Below are positions 16,083 to 24,000 of a stretch of DNA of 24,000 nt, one piece after another. A program made the translations under genes and the position numbers. Below the pieces are notes generated by a model. That model searched no databases, had not been told where the DNA came from, and saw only the letters and a program-made list of their open reading frames with translations. How positions within the stretch are numbered: position 1 is the first letter of the stretch; every line of letters begins with the position of its first letter. Origin of the DNA: Peptococcaceae bacterium (GTDB taxonomy: Bacteria > Bacillota > Peptococcia > Peptococcales > Peptococcaceae); NCBI GenBank assembly GCA_017399005.1, contig JAFQEO010000039.1:376-24375 (forward strand). Direction: 5' to 3'.

Positions 16083-16898
16083 CTAGTTCAGTTCTTCCAT
16101 AGCCTGTGCTACCTGTTCTGCATTAGGAGCACTGCCATGCCAGCCTGCCTGGTTTTCCATATAAGATACGCCTTTGCCTTTTACGGTTCTGGCTACGATA
16201 ACACTTGGTTTGCCTGTTTCTGCTTTGGCAGCTTTGATGGCATCGGCAATCTGACCGAAATCATGGCCGTCGATTACCTGTACGTGCCAGCCAAATGCTG
16301 CAAATTTTGCATCAATCGGATTTGGAGACAGAACATCGTCGATATTACCGTCAATCTGTAAGCCGTTGTTATCTACAAAGGCAATCAGGTTGTCCAGTTT
16401 GTAGTGAGCTGCAGACATGGCTGCTTCCCATACCTGCCCTTCCTGCAGTTCGCCGTCGCCCAGCAGAGTATATACATAGCTTGGTTTTTTATCCAGCTGA
16501 CATGCCAGCGCAATACCGGTAGCCGCGGAAAAACCTGTCCCTAAAGAACCGGTGGACATATCTACACCAGGTACTTTTTTCATATCTGGATGACCCTGCA
16601 GATGGGAGCCGATTTTACGCAGACTCATTAAATCTTCCACAGGGAAGAAGCCTTTGCGTGCTAATGTTGCATACAGCACAGGTGCTGCATGACCTTTGGA
16701 TAATACAAAACGGTCACGGTCTTCCCATTTTGGTTCAGCCGGGTTCACGTTCATTTCTTCAAAATACAGATAAGTTAAAATTTCTGCCGCAGACAGAGAA
16801 CCACCTGGATGGCCGGATTTCGCCGCACCAATCATGGAAACAATGTCTTTTCTGATTTCTTTTGCCTGTTCTTTCAGCATCTGTTCATTCACTGGCAT
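16083..16898 (-). CDS. Transketolase, N-terminal (TPP-binding) subunit
   Basis: [24 protein letters not shown]..., [45 protein letters not shown] signatures. Confidence 0.95.
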   Translation of the reverse strand: MPVNEQMLKEQAKEIRKDIVSMIGAAKSGHPGGSLSAAEILTYLYFEEMNVNPAEPKWEDRDRFVLSKGHAAPVLYATLARKGFFPVEDLMSLRKIGSHLQGHPDMKKVPGVDMSTGSLGTGFSAATGIALACQLDKKPSYVYTLLGDGELQEGQVWEAAMSAAHYKLDNLIAFVDNNGLQIDGNIDDVLSPNPIDAKFAAFGWHVQVIDGHDFGQIADAIKAAKAETGKPSVIVARTVKGKGVSYMENQAGWHGSAPNAEQVAQAMEELN

Positions 16899-17021
16899 TT
16901 CCCCCTACTTTATGATAATCATTACGCAAATCTGCGCTATAATTCAAAATAAATGCTATATTATTATACCATATTCCCTGCCGGTTGTTTAGCCCGAAAT
17001 CAAAATATTTCTGTAAATCTG

Positions 17022-17930
17022 TTATCCTCGATTGGCACTCCGGGCAGATGTCTGTTTCTGATGTCTCGCTGTCCAGATATGCATCAGGCTTCCAGCCAGA
17101 TAAACAGCCAGCCCTGCCCAGATAAACAGAAACACAACAAAATCCTCTGCTGTGAAGGCTTCGTTATATAACAGCACACCCAGAATCAGGCTGATCGTCG
17201 GTGAAATATATTGAAAAAAGCCGACTGCTGAAAACGGAATCAGTTTTACGGCCTGACCATACAGCAATAACGGAAGAGCAGTGGCAACACCGCTGAACAC
17301 AATCAGCAAAAGGATTCCAGCACTGCTTCCGGCTGCACCCTGCCCATTGCCTTCCATCCAGAACAGCGAGGCCAGAAACACCGGAAAAATACAGGCGGTT
17401 TCCAGAGTCAGGGAGGTGAGCCCGTCCAGATGCAGTGTTTTTTTCACCGCACCGTATGCTGCAAAGGTAATTCCCAGGGCCAGACTAATCCACGGAATCT
17501 GCCCGAAGCGGAAAACCATCAGCAGAACCCCGGTAGCTGCAAGGCCGATTGCCAGCCACTCCATTTTAGACAACTTCTCTTTAAAGACACAGGTACTGAG
17601 CAGAATCACCAGCAGTGGATTCAGATAATACCCCATGCTGACATCAATAATATGGCTGGAGTTTACAGCTGCAATGTAAGTACCCCAGTTCATCGTAATC
17701 AGTACCGATGCAATCAAAATCCGCAGCATACGCTTTGGCTGTTTCAGTTCCGCTTTTATCTGCGGCCAGCATTTTTTCACCATTACCAGCAGCACACAGA
17801 AGAAAAACGAAAATACAATCCGCGCACTTAGAATATAAATTGGAGAAAGATGATCCAGCACTTTCCAGTAAATCGGCAGAAGCCCCCATATACAATACGC
17901 CGCCGCTGCGGCAAAATATCCGTAGTTCAA
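17022..17930 (-). CDS. rarD: EamA-family transporter RarD
   Basis: AAAAAYCIWGLLPIYWKVLDHLSPIYILSARIVFSF...NWGTYIAAVNSSHIIDVSMGYYLNPL...PLLLYGQAVKLIPFSAVGFFQYISPTISL. Confidence 0.92.
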   Translation of the reverse strand: MNYGYFAAAAAYCIWGLLPIYWKVLDHLSPIYILSARIVFSFFFCVLLVMVKKCWPQIKAELKQPKRMLRILIASVLITMNWGTYIAAVNSSHIIDVSMGYYLNPLLVILLSTCVFKEKLSKMEWLAIGLAATGVLLMVFRFGQIPWISLALGITFAAYGAVKKTLHLDGLTSLTLETACIFPVFLASLFWMEGNGQGAAGSSAGILLLIVFSGVATALPLLLYGQAVKLIPFSAVGFFQYISPTISLILGVLLYNEAFTAEDFVVFLFIWAGLAVYLAGSLMHIWTARHQKQTSARSANRG

Positions 17931-18027
17931 AATAATCGCTTCCTTGTCATTTATTTTTCACAAGAATACTCCCTTTAAATTTTTATTATAGCATGACACT
18001 CTGGAATTGCCCATCCAAAATAAAAAA

Positions 18028-18053
18028 CCAGCACCTAAAATTAGATGCTGGTA
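18028..18053 (-). terminator. Terminator overlapping the 3' end of the 74-aa gene
   Basis: Minus strand ACCAGCATCTAATTTTAGGTGCTGGTTTTTTATTTT; the 5' arm encodes the last residues and the loop contains the TAA stop. Confidence 0.75.
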
Positions 18054-18265
18054 CATATAAATTCTCTAATTTCATTTTCAGAATAAACCATCAACGATAC
18101 GTTCTCTTTTTCCACTCTGTTCAGATAATGATTAAAACCAAGACCAAATACAGCAAACAGTACCAGACACAAAAGCAGCCACAGCACAAGCATTGCAATT
18201 CCAACTGCTTTTAAAAAGCCCCCGGCAGCCTCTGCCGCTTTATCACCTATCGTTTTGTTGTTCAT
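18041..18265 (-). CDS. 74-aa single-TM membrane protein, unknown function
   Basis: MNNKTIGDKAAEAAGGFLKAVGIAMLVLWLLLCLVLFAVFGLGFNHYLNRVEKENVSLMVYSENEIREFICTSI; AGGAGGTGG SD immediately upstream. Confidence 0.72.
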   Translation of the reverse strand: MNNKTIGDKAAEAAGGFLKAVGIAMLVLWLLLCLVLFAVFGLGFNHYLNRVEKENVSLMVYSENEIREFICTSI

Positions 18266-18371
18266 GCGACCACCTCCTGATATTATCCCGTTACTTGTAT
18301 TTATTTTAATTGTATCAGATGTCCCAGTATCTGTATAGAGATTATATTAGATCCAAATACAATTATTTTAC

Positions 18372-18400
18372 TTGTATAAAGTTTCTCTGTCTTTTATAAT
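18372..18400 (+). promoter_or_regulatory. Candidate promoter of the 18434-19042 gene (TTGTAT-N17-TATAAT)
   Basis: Perfect -10 and exact 17-nt spacing; CGGAGGTG SD follows. Confidence 0.65.
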
Positions 18401-18433
18401 ATTTTTGTAAATTATTTTCCGGAGGTGTTCTGC

Positions 18434-19042
18434 ATGAAACCATCGAAAAAACCGATTCTGATTATTCTCTGTATGCTGCTGTTTTCTGCTGTGCTGGGAA
18501 TCTGGATACATACAAGCGGATATATTGAGTTTCAGAACAGTGGATTGGCTTATCTGCATCGCAGCCAGGACAAATATGATTTGATGCACCAGACAGATGC
18601 TAACGCCTATACTATGGAAATTGACTTAAACGATTTGGAGAGCAACATTGGTAAACGGCTGTGGGAAGACGGCGAGCAGTATATGGAGGTTGCTTTAGTA
18701 GACAGTAACGAACGAAATGCCGGAGGCTACCGCATCTTTTTCCGTTCCCACGGCGTGTATGATTTTAACGGCGGGCACTTAACCAGCGGCATTAAACACA
18801 GCCGTCCCCGTGAAAACTGCACACAATATGAAATCGTCGCAGATTTAATCACAACATATAACGGCAAATCCTATCTGGCAAACTATCAGGGAAAAACCGG
18901 GCTGAATGAGCAAGACGGCGATTATTTCGGCTTTTATCTGTTCCCGGATGAAGCCTATGATGAAGGTGTGCCACTGGAAAACGCAGGGAAAGTCACCATC
19001 ACCTTATATAATCTGACCGAACACACATGGACAAGAAAATAG
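18434..19042 (+). CDS. Hypothetical membrane-anchored/secreted protein
   Basis: MKPSKKPILIILCMLLFSAVLGIWIHTSG N-terminal TM; ATG preceded by GGAGG. Track start at 18425 is the GTG inside the SD region. Confidence 0.72.
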   Translation: MKPSKKPILIILCMLLFSAVLGIWIHTSGYIEFQNSGLAYLHRSQDKYDLMHQTDANAYTMEIDLNDLESNIGKRLWEDGEQYMEVALVDSNERNAGGYRIFFRSHGVYDFNGGHLTSGIKHSRPRENCTQYEIVADLITTYNGKSYLANYQGKTGLNEQDGDYFGFYLFPDEAYDEGVPLENAGKVTITLYNLTEHTWTRK

Positions 19043-19050
19043 CATAAACA

Positions 19051-19089
19051 AACCCCGGTATCCGATAAAAATCAGATGCCGGGGTTTTT
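19051..19089. terminator. Terminator shared by convergent genes (18434+ and 19096-)
   Basis: AACCCCGG TAT...ATG CCGGGGTTTTT between convergent stops. Confidence 0.75.
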
Positions 19090-19095
19090 CTATAT

Positions 19096-20985
19096 CTATT
19101 CCATTACTCGTACTTCGCCGGTGTGGGTGACATCGTAGCCGCCCAGTTCGGTTAACCGCTGTTTGAAAGCATCGGAGGACAGAATGGTGATAAACTGCTG
19201 CACGCGTTCATCTTCCAGATATTCGGCAGGCAGCAGAAAATCGTACTGCTCGTTTGCCAGCGGAATAAAGTCTAAATCCATAGCTTTTGCAGCCGAGTAT
19301 ACGCCTAAGCCTGTATCAGCCACACCGCTTTTTACACTGATGGCAACGGCCATATGGGTGGCGTATTCTTTTTCGTAACCATTGATTTCCTCCACAGTCA
19401 TGCCGTTCTGTTTTAAGGTATAGTCAAACAGGATGCGTGTACCCGCCCCGCGCTGACGATTAGCAAAGGATAATCTGCGTTCCCGCAGGTCATCGATGCC
19501 GGAAATCTGTTTGGGATTGCCTTTTGGCACCATGAAGCCCTGAATACGACCCACACCGCTGATTAACACCATTTTCTGCCCCGGGAAATACTGACGCACA
19601 TAGGATTCGTTATATACGCCGGTTTCCTCATCCAGCAGGTGAATCGGCGCCATATGGCACTCTTTGCGGCGCAGCGCCATAATACCGGATAAACTGCCCA
19701 CATGAGCCGAGGATACCGGCATCTGATCTGCCAGCACGTCAATCATCATATCATGGCTGCCGGTGATAACCAGTGTTTTTTTGATTTCGCCCAGAGGACG
19801 CAGCAAGCGAACCTCTACTTTGGCACCAGCCTCTAACCCTTCGCACAGGCGGTCCACTTTTACAATGCCGTCGGCTTTTACCATACTCATTACCGCAGCG
19901 GCACCGCGCTCCAGTGGAGTGGTTACCAGACGGTCATTTACATAGCCCACAGCCACACGCAGCAGCTCGGCATTTTTGAAAGAGCTAACCAGACGTTTGG
20001 TCAGCGAAGCCTCTACATATTCCTCATTCTGTTTGCCCTGACCGGTCACACGATAAATCAGCGGACGCATGAATAAATCAAACACCAGATAAGCCGATAC
20101 CGGATAGCCCGGAATACCGATTACCGGTTTGCCCTGCACCACGCCTAAAATAGTCGGTTTGCCCGGTTTGATGGCAATGCCGTGATGAATAACTTCTCCC
20201 AGTTCTTCAATAATATGCACGGTGTAGTCTTTGCTGCCCGCAGACGAACCGGCATTGACGATTACCATATCGTTTTCCTGCACAGCCGTTGTGATAGCCT
20301 GACGCAGCAAATCCGGATTATCGCGCACGATGGTATAACGGTTTGGCTCCCCGCCGTATTCCTCGGTTAATGCGGCAAATACACGGGAGTTGGATTCCAT
20401 CAGACGGCCCGGTTCCAGCAGAGCCGGATCTTCAATTAATTCGTTGCCGGTTGGAATAATCCCCACACGCGGTCTGCGGTATACTTTCACAGTGGTGATA
20501 CCGCCAGCCAGCAGTGCCCCTAAATCAATCGGGCGGATTTTATGACGGGATGGCAGAATCAGATCGCCGGATACAATGCTTTCGCCAACGGTACGCACAT
20601 GTTCCCACGGATAAGCCGGAGCAATAATGGATACGGTGCCGTCTTCGTTCTGCAGCACCTGTTCAATCATAATCACGGCATTGAACGGATGCTTAATCTC
20701 ATTGCCGGTATTCACGTACACAAAATCGGTATCCTGTTTTAATGTCAAAGGCTCGGTATCGGTGGCAGAGAATGTCTGCTCCGCAACCACTGCAATGCCA
20801 TCCATAGCAGCCGCATTATACACCGGGTCACAGAAGCGGGCAAAAATCGCCTCCCATGTTACACGCCCAACGGCATCCAGCACGGGAATTTCTTCCATAG
20901 TGCCCTGTAAATCACCCAGTGCCTCTAAATAATCCTGCAGCGCCTGCTGGTCGTCATTATTTTCAATATAGGTATTTCGTTTCAT
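19096..20985 (-). CDS. Molybdopterin biosynthesis protein: MoeA domain fused to a C-terminal periplasmic-binding-protein-like domain
   Basis: N-terminal part has MoeA motifs (VDGIAV-like, GIIPTGNEL, GKPVIGIPGYPVSAYLVF). C-terminal part GSHDMMIDVLADQMP...LMALRRKECHMAPIHLLDEETGVYNESYVRQYFPG...FANRQRGAGTRILFDYTLKQNGM... is PBP-like. Confidence 0.92.
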   Translation of the reverse strand: MKRNTYIENNDDQQALQDYLEALGDLQGTMEEIPVLDAVGRVTWEAIFARFCDPVYNAAAMDGIAVVAEQTFSATDTEPLTLKQDTDFVYVNTGNEIKHPFNAVIMIEQVLQNEDGTVSIIAPAYPWEHVRTVGESIVSGDLILPSRHKIRPIDLGALLAGGITTVKVYRRPRVGIIPTGNELIEDPALLEPGRLMESNSRVFAALTEEYGGEPNRYTIVRDNPDLLRQAITTAVQENDMVIVNAGSSAGSKDYTVHIIEELGEVIHHGIAIKPGKPTILGVVQGKPVIGIPGYPVSAYLVFDLFMRPLIYRVTGQGKQNEEYVEASLTKRLVSSFKNAELLRVAVGYVNDRLVTTPLERGAAAVMSMVKADGIVKVDRLCEGLEAGAKVEVRLLRPLGEIKKTLVITGSHDMMIDVLADQMPVSSAHVGSLSGIMALRRKECHMAPIHLLDEETGVYNESYVRQYFPGQKMVLISGVGRIQGFMVPKGNPKQISGIDDLRERRLSFANRQRGAGTRILFDYTLKQNGMTVEEINGYEKEYATHMAVAISVKSGVADTGLGVYSAAKAMDLDFIPLANEQYDFLLPAEYLEDERVQQFITILSSDAFKQRLTELGGYDVTHTGEVRVME

Positions 20986-20997
20986 ATTCTTAACCTC

Positions 20998-22221
20998 CTA
21001 CAGCAGATGCACTAGTACCTGCTGGTTCTGTTCCAGCCCTTCCTGATGGGCTTCCAGTACAATATAGCCGTCGCTGTGCCCCAGCAGATGAATCATGCCC
21101 GATTTGCCGAAAATCGGAACAGCCACAAATCCGTTCTGCTCCTGCTGCAGCGAAACCATCTGAAATGTGGTTTTGCCCGGAGCCGAAGGCAGATTAATGG
21201 AAAGCCGTGCCGGAACCAGCGTTTCCTGCAAATTGAGCCCCCACTGTTTCAGAATGGTACTCATCAGCACACGGAATACGGTCATAGCTGCGGATGGATG
21301 CCCCGGCAGCCCCATCACTGGTTTTCCGTCTGCTCTGCCGACAATGGTCGGTTTGCCCGGTTTGATGGCAATGCCTTTTACAAACACATCTTCACCGCAT
21401 AGCTCCTGCATCAGCCGATAGGTATAATCCCGTTCCCCGACGGAACTGCCTCCCGATGTCAGCAGCACATCGGCCTGTGCCAGCCCTTCTGTCATGGCCT
21501 GTTTCAGCGCTTCGTAATCATCTTTTACAATGGCGCGATAGGTCACCTCGCCACCCCACTGGGCAATAATCGATGCAAGACCATAACTGTTGATATCCCG
21601 AATCTGCCCGATGTTTTGCGGCTGGTCAATTTCAATAATCTCATCACCGGTGGAAATAATGGCAAACTTCACCGGACGGTACACTTTTACTCTGCCAATG
21701 CCGCAGGCTGCCAGCATGGCAATATGTTTTGCCGTCAGCCAGGTGCCCCGGCTCAGAATAGCCTCGTCCTGCCGCAGGTCATCCCCGCGGGCAATCACAT
21801 TTTCACCGGGCGAAACCGGTTTATATACGGCAATGGTATCGGCATCAAACTGCTCGCTGTATTCCACCATCACAACACTGTCAGCACCTTCCGGCAGCAT
21901 ACCGCCAGTCGGCACTGCAACAGCCTGGCCTTTCTGCAATGTCATTTCTGCTTTCTGCCCCATCCGCACCGAACCGGCTGCCATCAGAAGCGATGGGAGG
22001 GATTCCCCGGCACCAAAGGTATCGGCCGCTTTAACCGCATAGCCATCCACAGTGGAACGGTTAAAATCCGGCACATTCTCTGCAGCCGATAAATCTTCTG
22101 CCAGAAAGCGGTTCTGTGCCTGTAATAACGATACTTCCTCTATTTCTAACCGGTTATCGGGAAAATGGTTCCTCAGACGCTGCAGCGCCTCTTCCAGACT
22201 GATTACCTGAAAAAAATCCAT
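20998..22221 (-). CDS. moeA: Molybdopterin molybdenumtransferase MoeA
   Basis: VPDFNRSTVDGYAVKAADTFG, GGMLPEGADSVVMVE, FAIISTGDEIIEI, GLASIIAQWGGEVTYRAIVKDD, GKPTIVGRADGKPVMGLPGHPSAAM. Confidence 0.95.
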   Translation of the reverse strand: MDFFQVISLEEALQRLRNHFPDNRLEIEEVSLLQAQNRFLAEDLSAAENVPDFNRSTVDGYAVKAADTFGAGESLPSLLMAAGSVRMGQKAEMTLQKGQAVAVPTGGMLPEGADSVVMVEYSEQFDADTIAVYKPVSPGENVIARGDDLRQDEAILSRGTWLTAKHIAMLAACGIGRVKVYRPVKFAIISTGDEIIEIDQPQNIGQIRDINSYGLASIIAQWGGEVTYRAIVKDDYEALKQAMTEGLAQADVLLTSGGSSVGERDYTYRLMQELCGEDVFVKGIAIKPGKPTIVGRADGKPVMGLPGHPSAAMTVFRVLMSTILKQWGLNLQETLVPARLSINLPSAPGKTTFQMVSLQQEQNGFVAVPIFGKSGMIHLLGHSDGYIVLEAHQEGLEQNQQVLVHLL

Positions 22222-22863
22222 CTAGCACACTCCTCCTGTTGATGCACCGTGCAGATGCACAATGCGGTCACATAATTCCTCTGCCTGCCGGGCATTGTGT
22301 GTAATCATAATCACCGTTTTGCGATATTCTCTCGCATACTCCTGAATCATCTGCTCCATAAAGCTGACCGATGCCGCATCAATGCCGGACATTGGCTCGT
22401 CCAGCAGAACCAGCTCCGGTTCAAAAATCAGTGCTCGTGCCAGAGCAACCTTCTGACTTTCCCCGCCCGATAACTTATGGGCGTACTGCTTTGCCAGCTT
22501 TTCAATACCCAGCCGTGCAATCATCGCATCGGTTTTCTGTTTAATTTCAGCCGATGGCCGATGACGCAGCTGAAGCGGATAGGCAATATTATCATAAACC
22601 GAACGTTTTAACAGATAAGGTGTCTGAAACACCATGGTCATCTGCTGATAAAGCGGTTTGCTCAAAGGCTGCCCATTGTAATAAATATGCCCGGTATAAT
22701 CGGTATCCAGTCCGGCAATGAGCCGCAGAAGCGTGGATTTTCCGGCACCGTTGTCACCGACCAGCCCGGTAATCTTTCCGGATTCAAATGTTTCGTTCAG
22801 ATTTTCAAAAACGAGTTTCTGGCCGTATCGTTTGCTGACCTGCTCCAGTCTTACTTCCATCAC
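22222..22863 (-). CDS. tupC: Tungstate-type ABC transporter ATP-binding protein
   Basis: Walker A GDNGAGKST, signature LSGGESQKVALARALIFEPELVLLDEP; overlaps the upstream permease gene. Confidence 0.87.
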   Translation of the reverse strand: MMEVRLEQVSKRYGQKLVFENLNETFESGKITGLVGDNGAGKSTLLRLIAGLDTDYTGHIYYNGQPLSKPLYQQMTMVFQTPYLLKRSVYDNIAYPLQLRHRPSAEIKQKTDAMIARLGIEKLAKQYAHKLSGGESQKVALARALIFEPELVLLDEPMSGIDAASVSFMEQMIQEYAREYRKTVIMITHNARQAEELCDRIVHLHGASTGGVC

Positions 22864-23558
22864 ACATCAGCCCTCTTTTCTTTATAGGTATACAGCACGG
22901 AGTTGATAAGCAGCGAAATCACAATCAGAATCATCCCCAGCGCAAAAGCCATGGCATAATCGCCCATAGAGTTCAGCATGGAAATGGTTGTGGTAATTAC
23001 CCGGGTATCCCCTTTGATATTGCCGCCGACCATCATAACCGCGCCTACTTCCGAAATAGCACGGGAAAAACCGTTTACGGTATAGATAAACAGTTCGCTT
23101 TTCAGTTCACTGATTACCATAAAGGTTGACTGTATGCGGCTGGCACCCAGCGTCTGGCCCAGTTTCTGAATCTCGCGACCGCGATGTTTCACCATCTCAT
23201 AAGTTAAACAGGCAATGAGCGGTGATACCAGAATCACCTGTGCAATAATCATAGCCGTAGGTGTATACATCAGCTGCAGATGACCCAGCGGCCCGCGGCG
23301 TGACAGACATACCGATACCAGCAGCCCTACTACAACCGACGGCATACTCATCATGGCATTTAATACACGAGACAGCACCCGTTCCCCGCGAAACGAGCGA
23401 AGCCCGATAAATGTAAACAGCGGAATAATCACCAGTGCCGCAATCACAATGGCACTGCCCGATACCCGCAGTGATAATCCTACAATTCCCCAGAGTTCCG
23501 CATCACCGGAAAAAATCAGATCCAGTGCTTTCCAGAACCCGGCAATAATATAATCCAA
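22860..23558 (-). CDS. tupB: Tungstate-type ABC transporter permease
   Basis: LIFSGDAELWGIVGLSLRVSGSAIVIAALV...MMSMPSVVVGLLV...GFSRAISEVGAVMMVGGNIKGDTRVITTTISML; TTG start with GGAGGGA SD. Confidence 0.9.
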   Translation of the reverse strand: MDYIIAGFWKALDLIFSGDAELWGIVGLSLRVSGSAIVIAALVIIPLFTFIGLRSFRGERVLSRVLNAMMSMPSVVVGLLVSVCLSRRGPLGHLQLMYTPTAMIIAQVILVSPLIACLTYEMVKHRGREIQKLGQTLGASRIQSTFMVISELKSELFIYTVNGFSRAISEVGAVMMVGGNIKGDTRVITTTISMLNSMGDYAMAFALGMILIVISLLINSVLYTYKEKRADV

Positions 23559-23668
23559 TGGCCTCTCCCTCCATAGAATGCGTTCCTATCCAAAGAACGC
23601 GGTCAATCCAGGTTTATCTGGTTATGTATAGTATAAATGCTGTCTTCTGTTTTGAATAGTATGTAAAA

Positions 23669-23694
23669 ACGGGCACCCCTTGCGAAGCACCCGT
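23669..23694 (-). terminator. Intra-operon terminator/attenuator between tupA and tupB
   Basis: Minus strand ACGGGTGC TTCGCAAGGG GTGCCCGT TTTTAC. Confidence 0.7.
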
Positions 23695-23711
23695 CTGTTG
23701 TAAAACTTAAA

Positions 23712-24000
23712 TTATTTTGCGTCTGGAGTGAACAGTGGAGAACCGAATTCTTCAACACCGAATTCACCGATCAGTTTCTGGCCGTTTTCGCTTACCAGCC
23801 AGTCAGCAAATGCTTTCGCACCTTCTGCATTGATCTGATCGTTTTTCTCTGGGTTTACAGTGATAACACCGTATGGGTTCAGCATGTCAGCGTCTTTTTC
23901 ACATACGATTTCCAGTTCCAGAGTATCTACCATGGACAGATAGGTTGCACGGTCTGTAATGGTGTAAGCCTGTTTTTCGTCAGCCATTTTCAGAACATCG
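23712..24000 (-). CDS. tupA: Tungstate ABC transporter substrate-binding protein, C-terminal fragment (gene runs off the right edge)
   Basis: DVLKMADEKQAYTITDRATYLSMVDTLELEIVCEKDADMLNPYGVITVNPEKNDQINAEGAKAFADWLVSENGQKLIGEFGVEEFGSPLFTPDAK; the frame remains open to 24000, so the track start at 23987 is internal. Confidence 0.88.
   Translation of the reverse strand, partial: DVLKMADEKQAYTITDRATYLSMVDTLELEIVCEKDADMLNPYGVITVNPEKNDQINAEGAKAFADWLVSENGQKLIGEFGVEEFGSPLFTPDAK

Noticed and set aside
20998-22221. Numerous 60-158 aa plus-strand ORFs overlapping moeA and other genes (e.g. 21046-21402, 21590-22042, 21616-22092)
   Set aside because: Antisense shadow ORFs of GC-rich conserved minus-strand genes; no RBS or family signature.
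23621-23640. Near-palindromic TTATGTATAGTATAA that could suggest a ModE-like operator between tupA and tupB
   Set aside because: Only the outer TTAT/ATAA match; too weak to claim without orthologue alignment.
1-24000. CRISPR arrays, tRNA and rRNA genes, IS elements or integrase
   Set aside because: Read through for regularly spaced repeats, tRNA cloverleaf-like and transposase/integrase motifs; none recognised by eye. A tRNAscan/ISfinder search would be decisive.

Overview
The window is chromosomal-looking sequence with Firmicutes-like features, mostly housekeeping and metabolic genes on the minus strand. These are: a MerR-type regulator fragment, DHA2-type MFS, XRE regulator, two tandem paralogous MFS transporters, pgi, galE, split transketolase, rarD, and a tungstate uptake / molybdopterin operon (tupA-tupB-tupC-moeA-moeA/PBP fusion). 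The unusual part is the accessory block at about 2.1-5.7 kb. It contains: (i) a stand-alone phage/plasmid D5-type SF3 helicase with no primase or integrase beside it; (ii) a GGTGTAG-type iteron-like cluster plus an A/T-rich stretch and inverted copies immediately downstream, which could be a replication origin remnant; (iii) two near-identical copies (hand alignment about 66/69 nt) of a small-RNA transcription unit; (iv) between the two copies, a leucine-rich-repeat lipoprotein; and (v) next to the second copy, an ORF-track-missed 28-aa convergent hydrophobic peptide (MVTWEALTSLFTFGLLIVAVIALFNGEK) with its own promoter and RBS. This last arrangement is a strong candidate type I (par/fst or holin-like) toxin-antitoxin module. 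Copy 1 appears to be an orphan antitoxin RNA that lost its toxin. No tRNA, rRNA or CRISPR was recognised.
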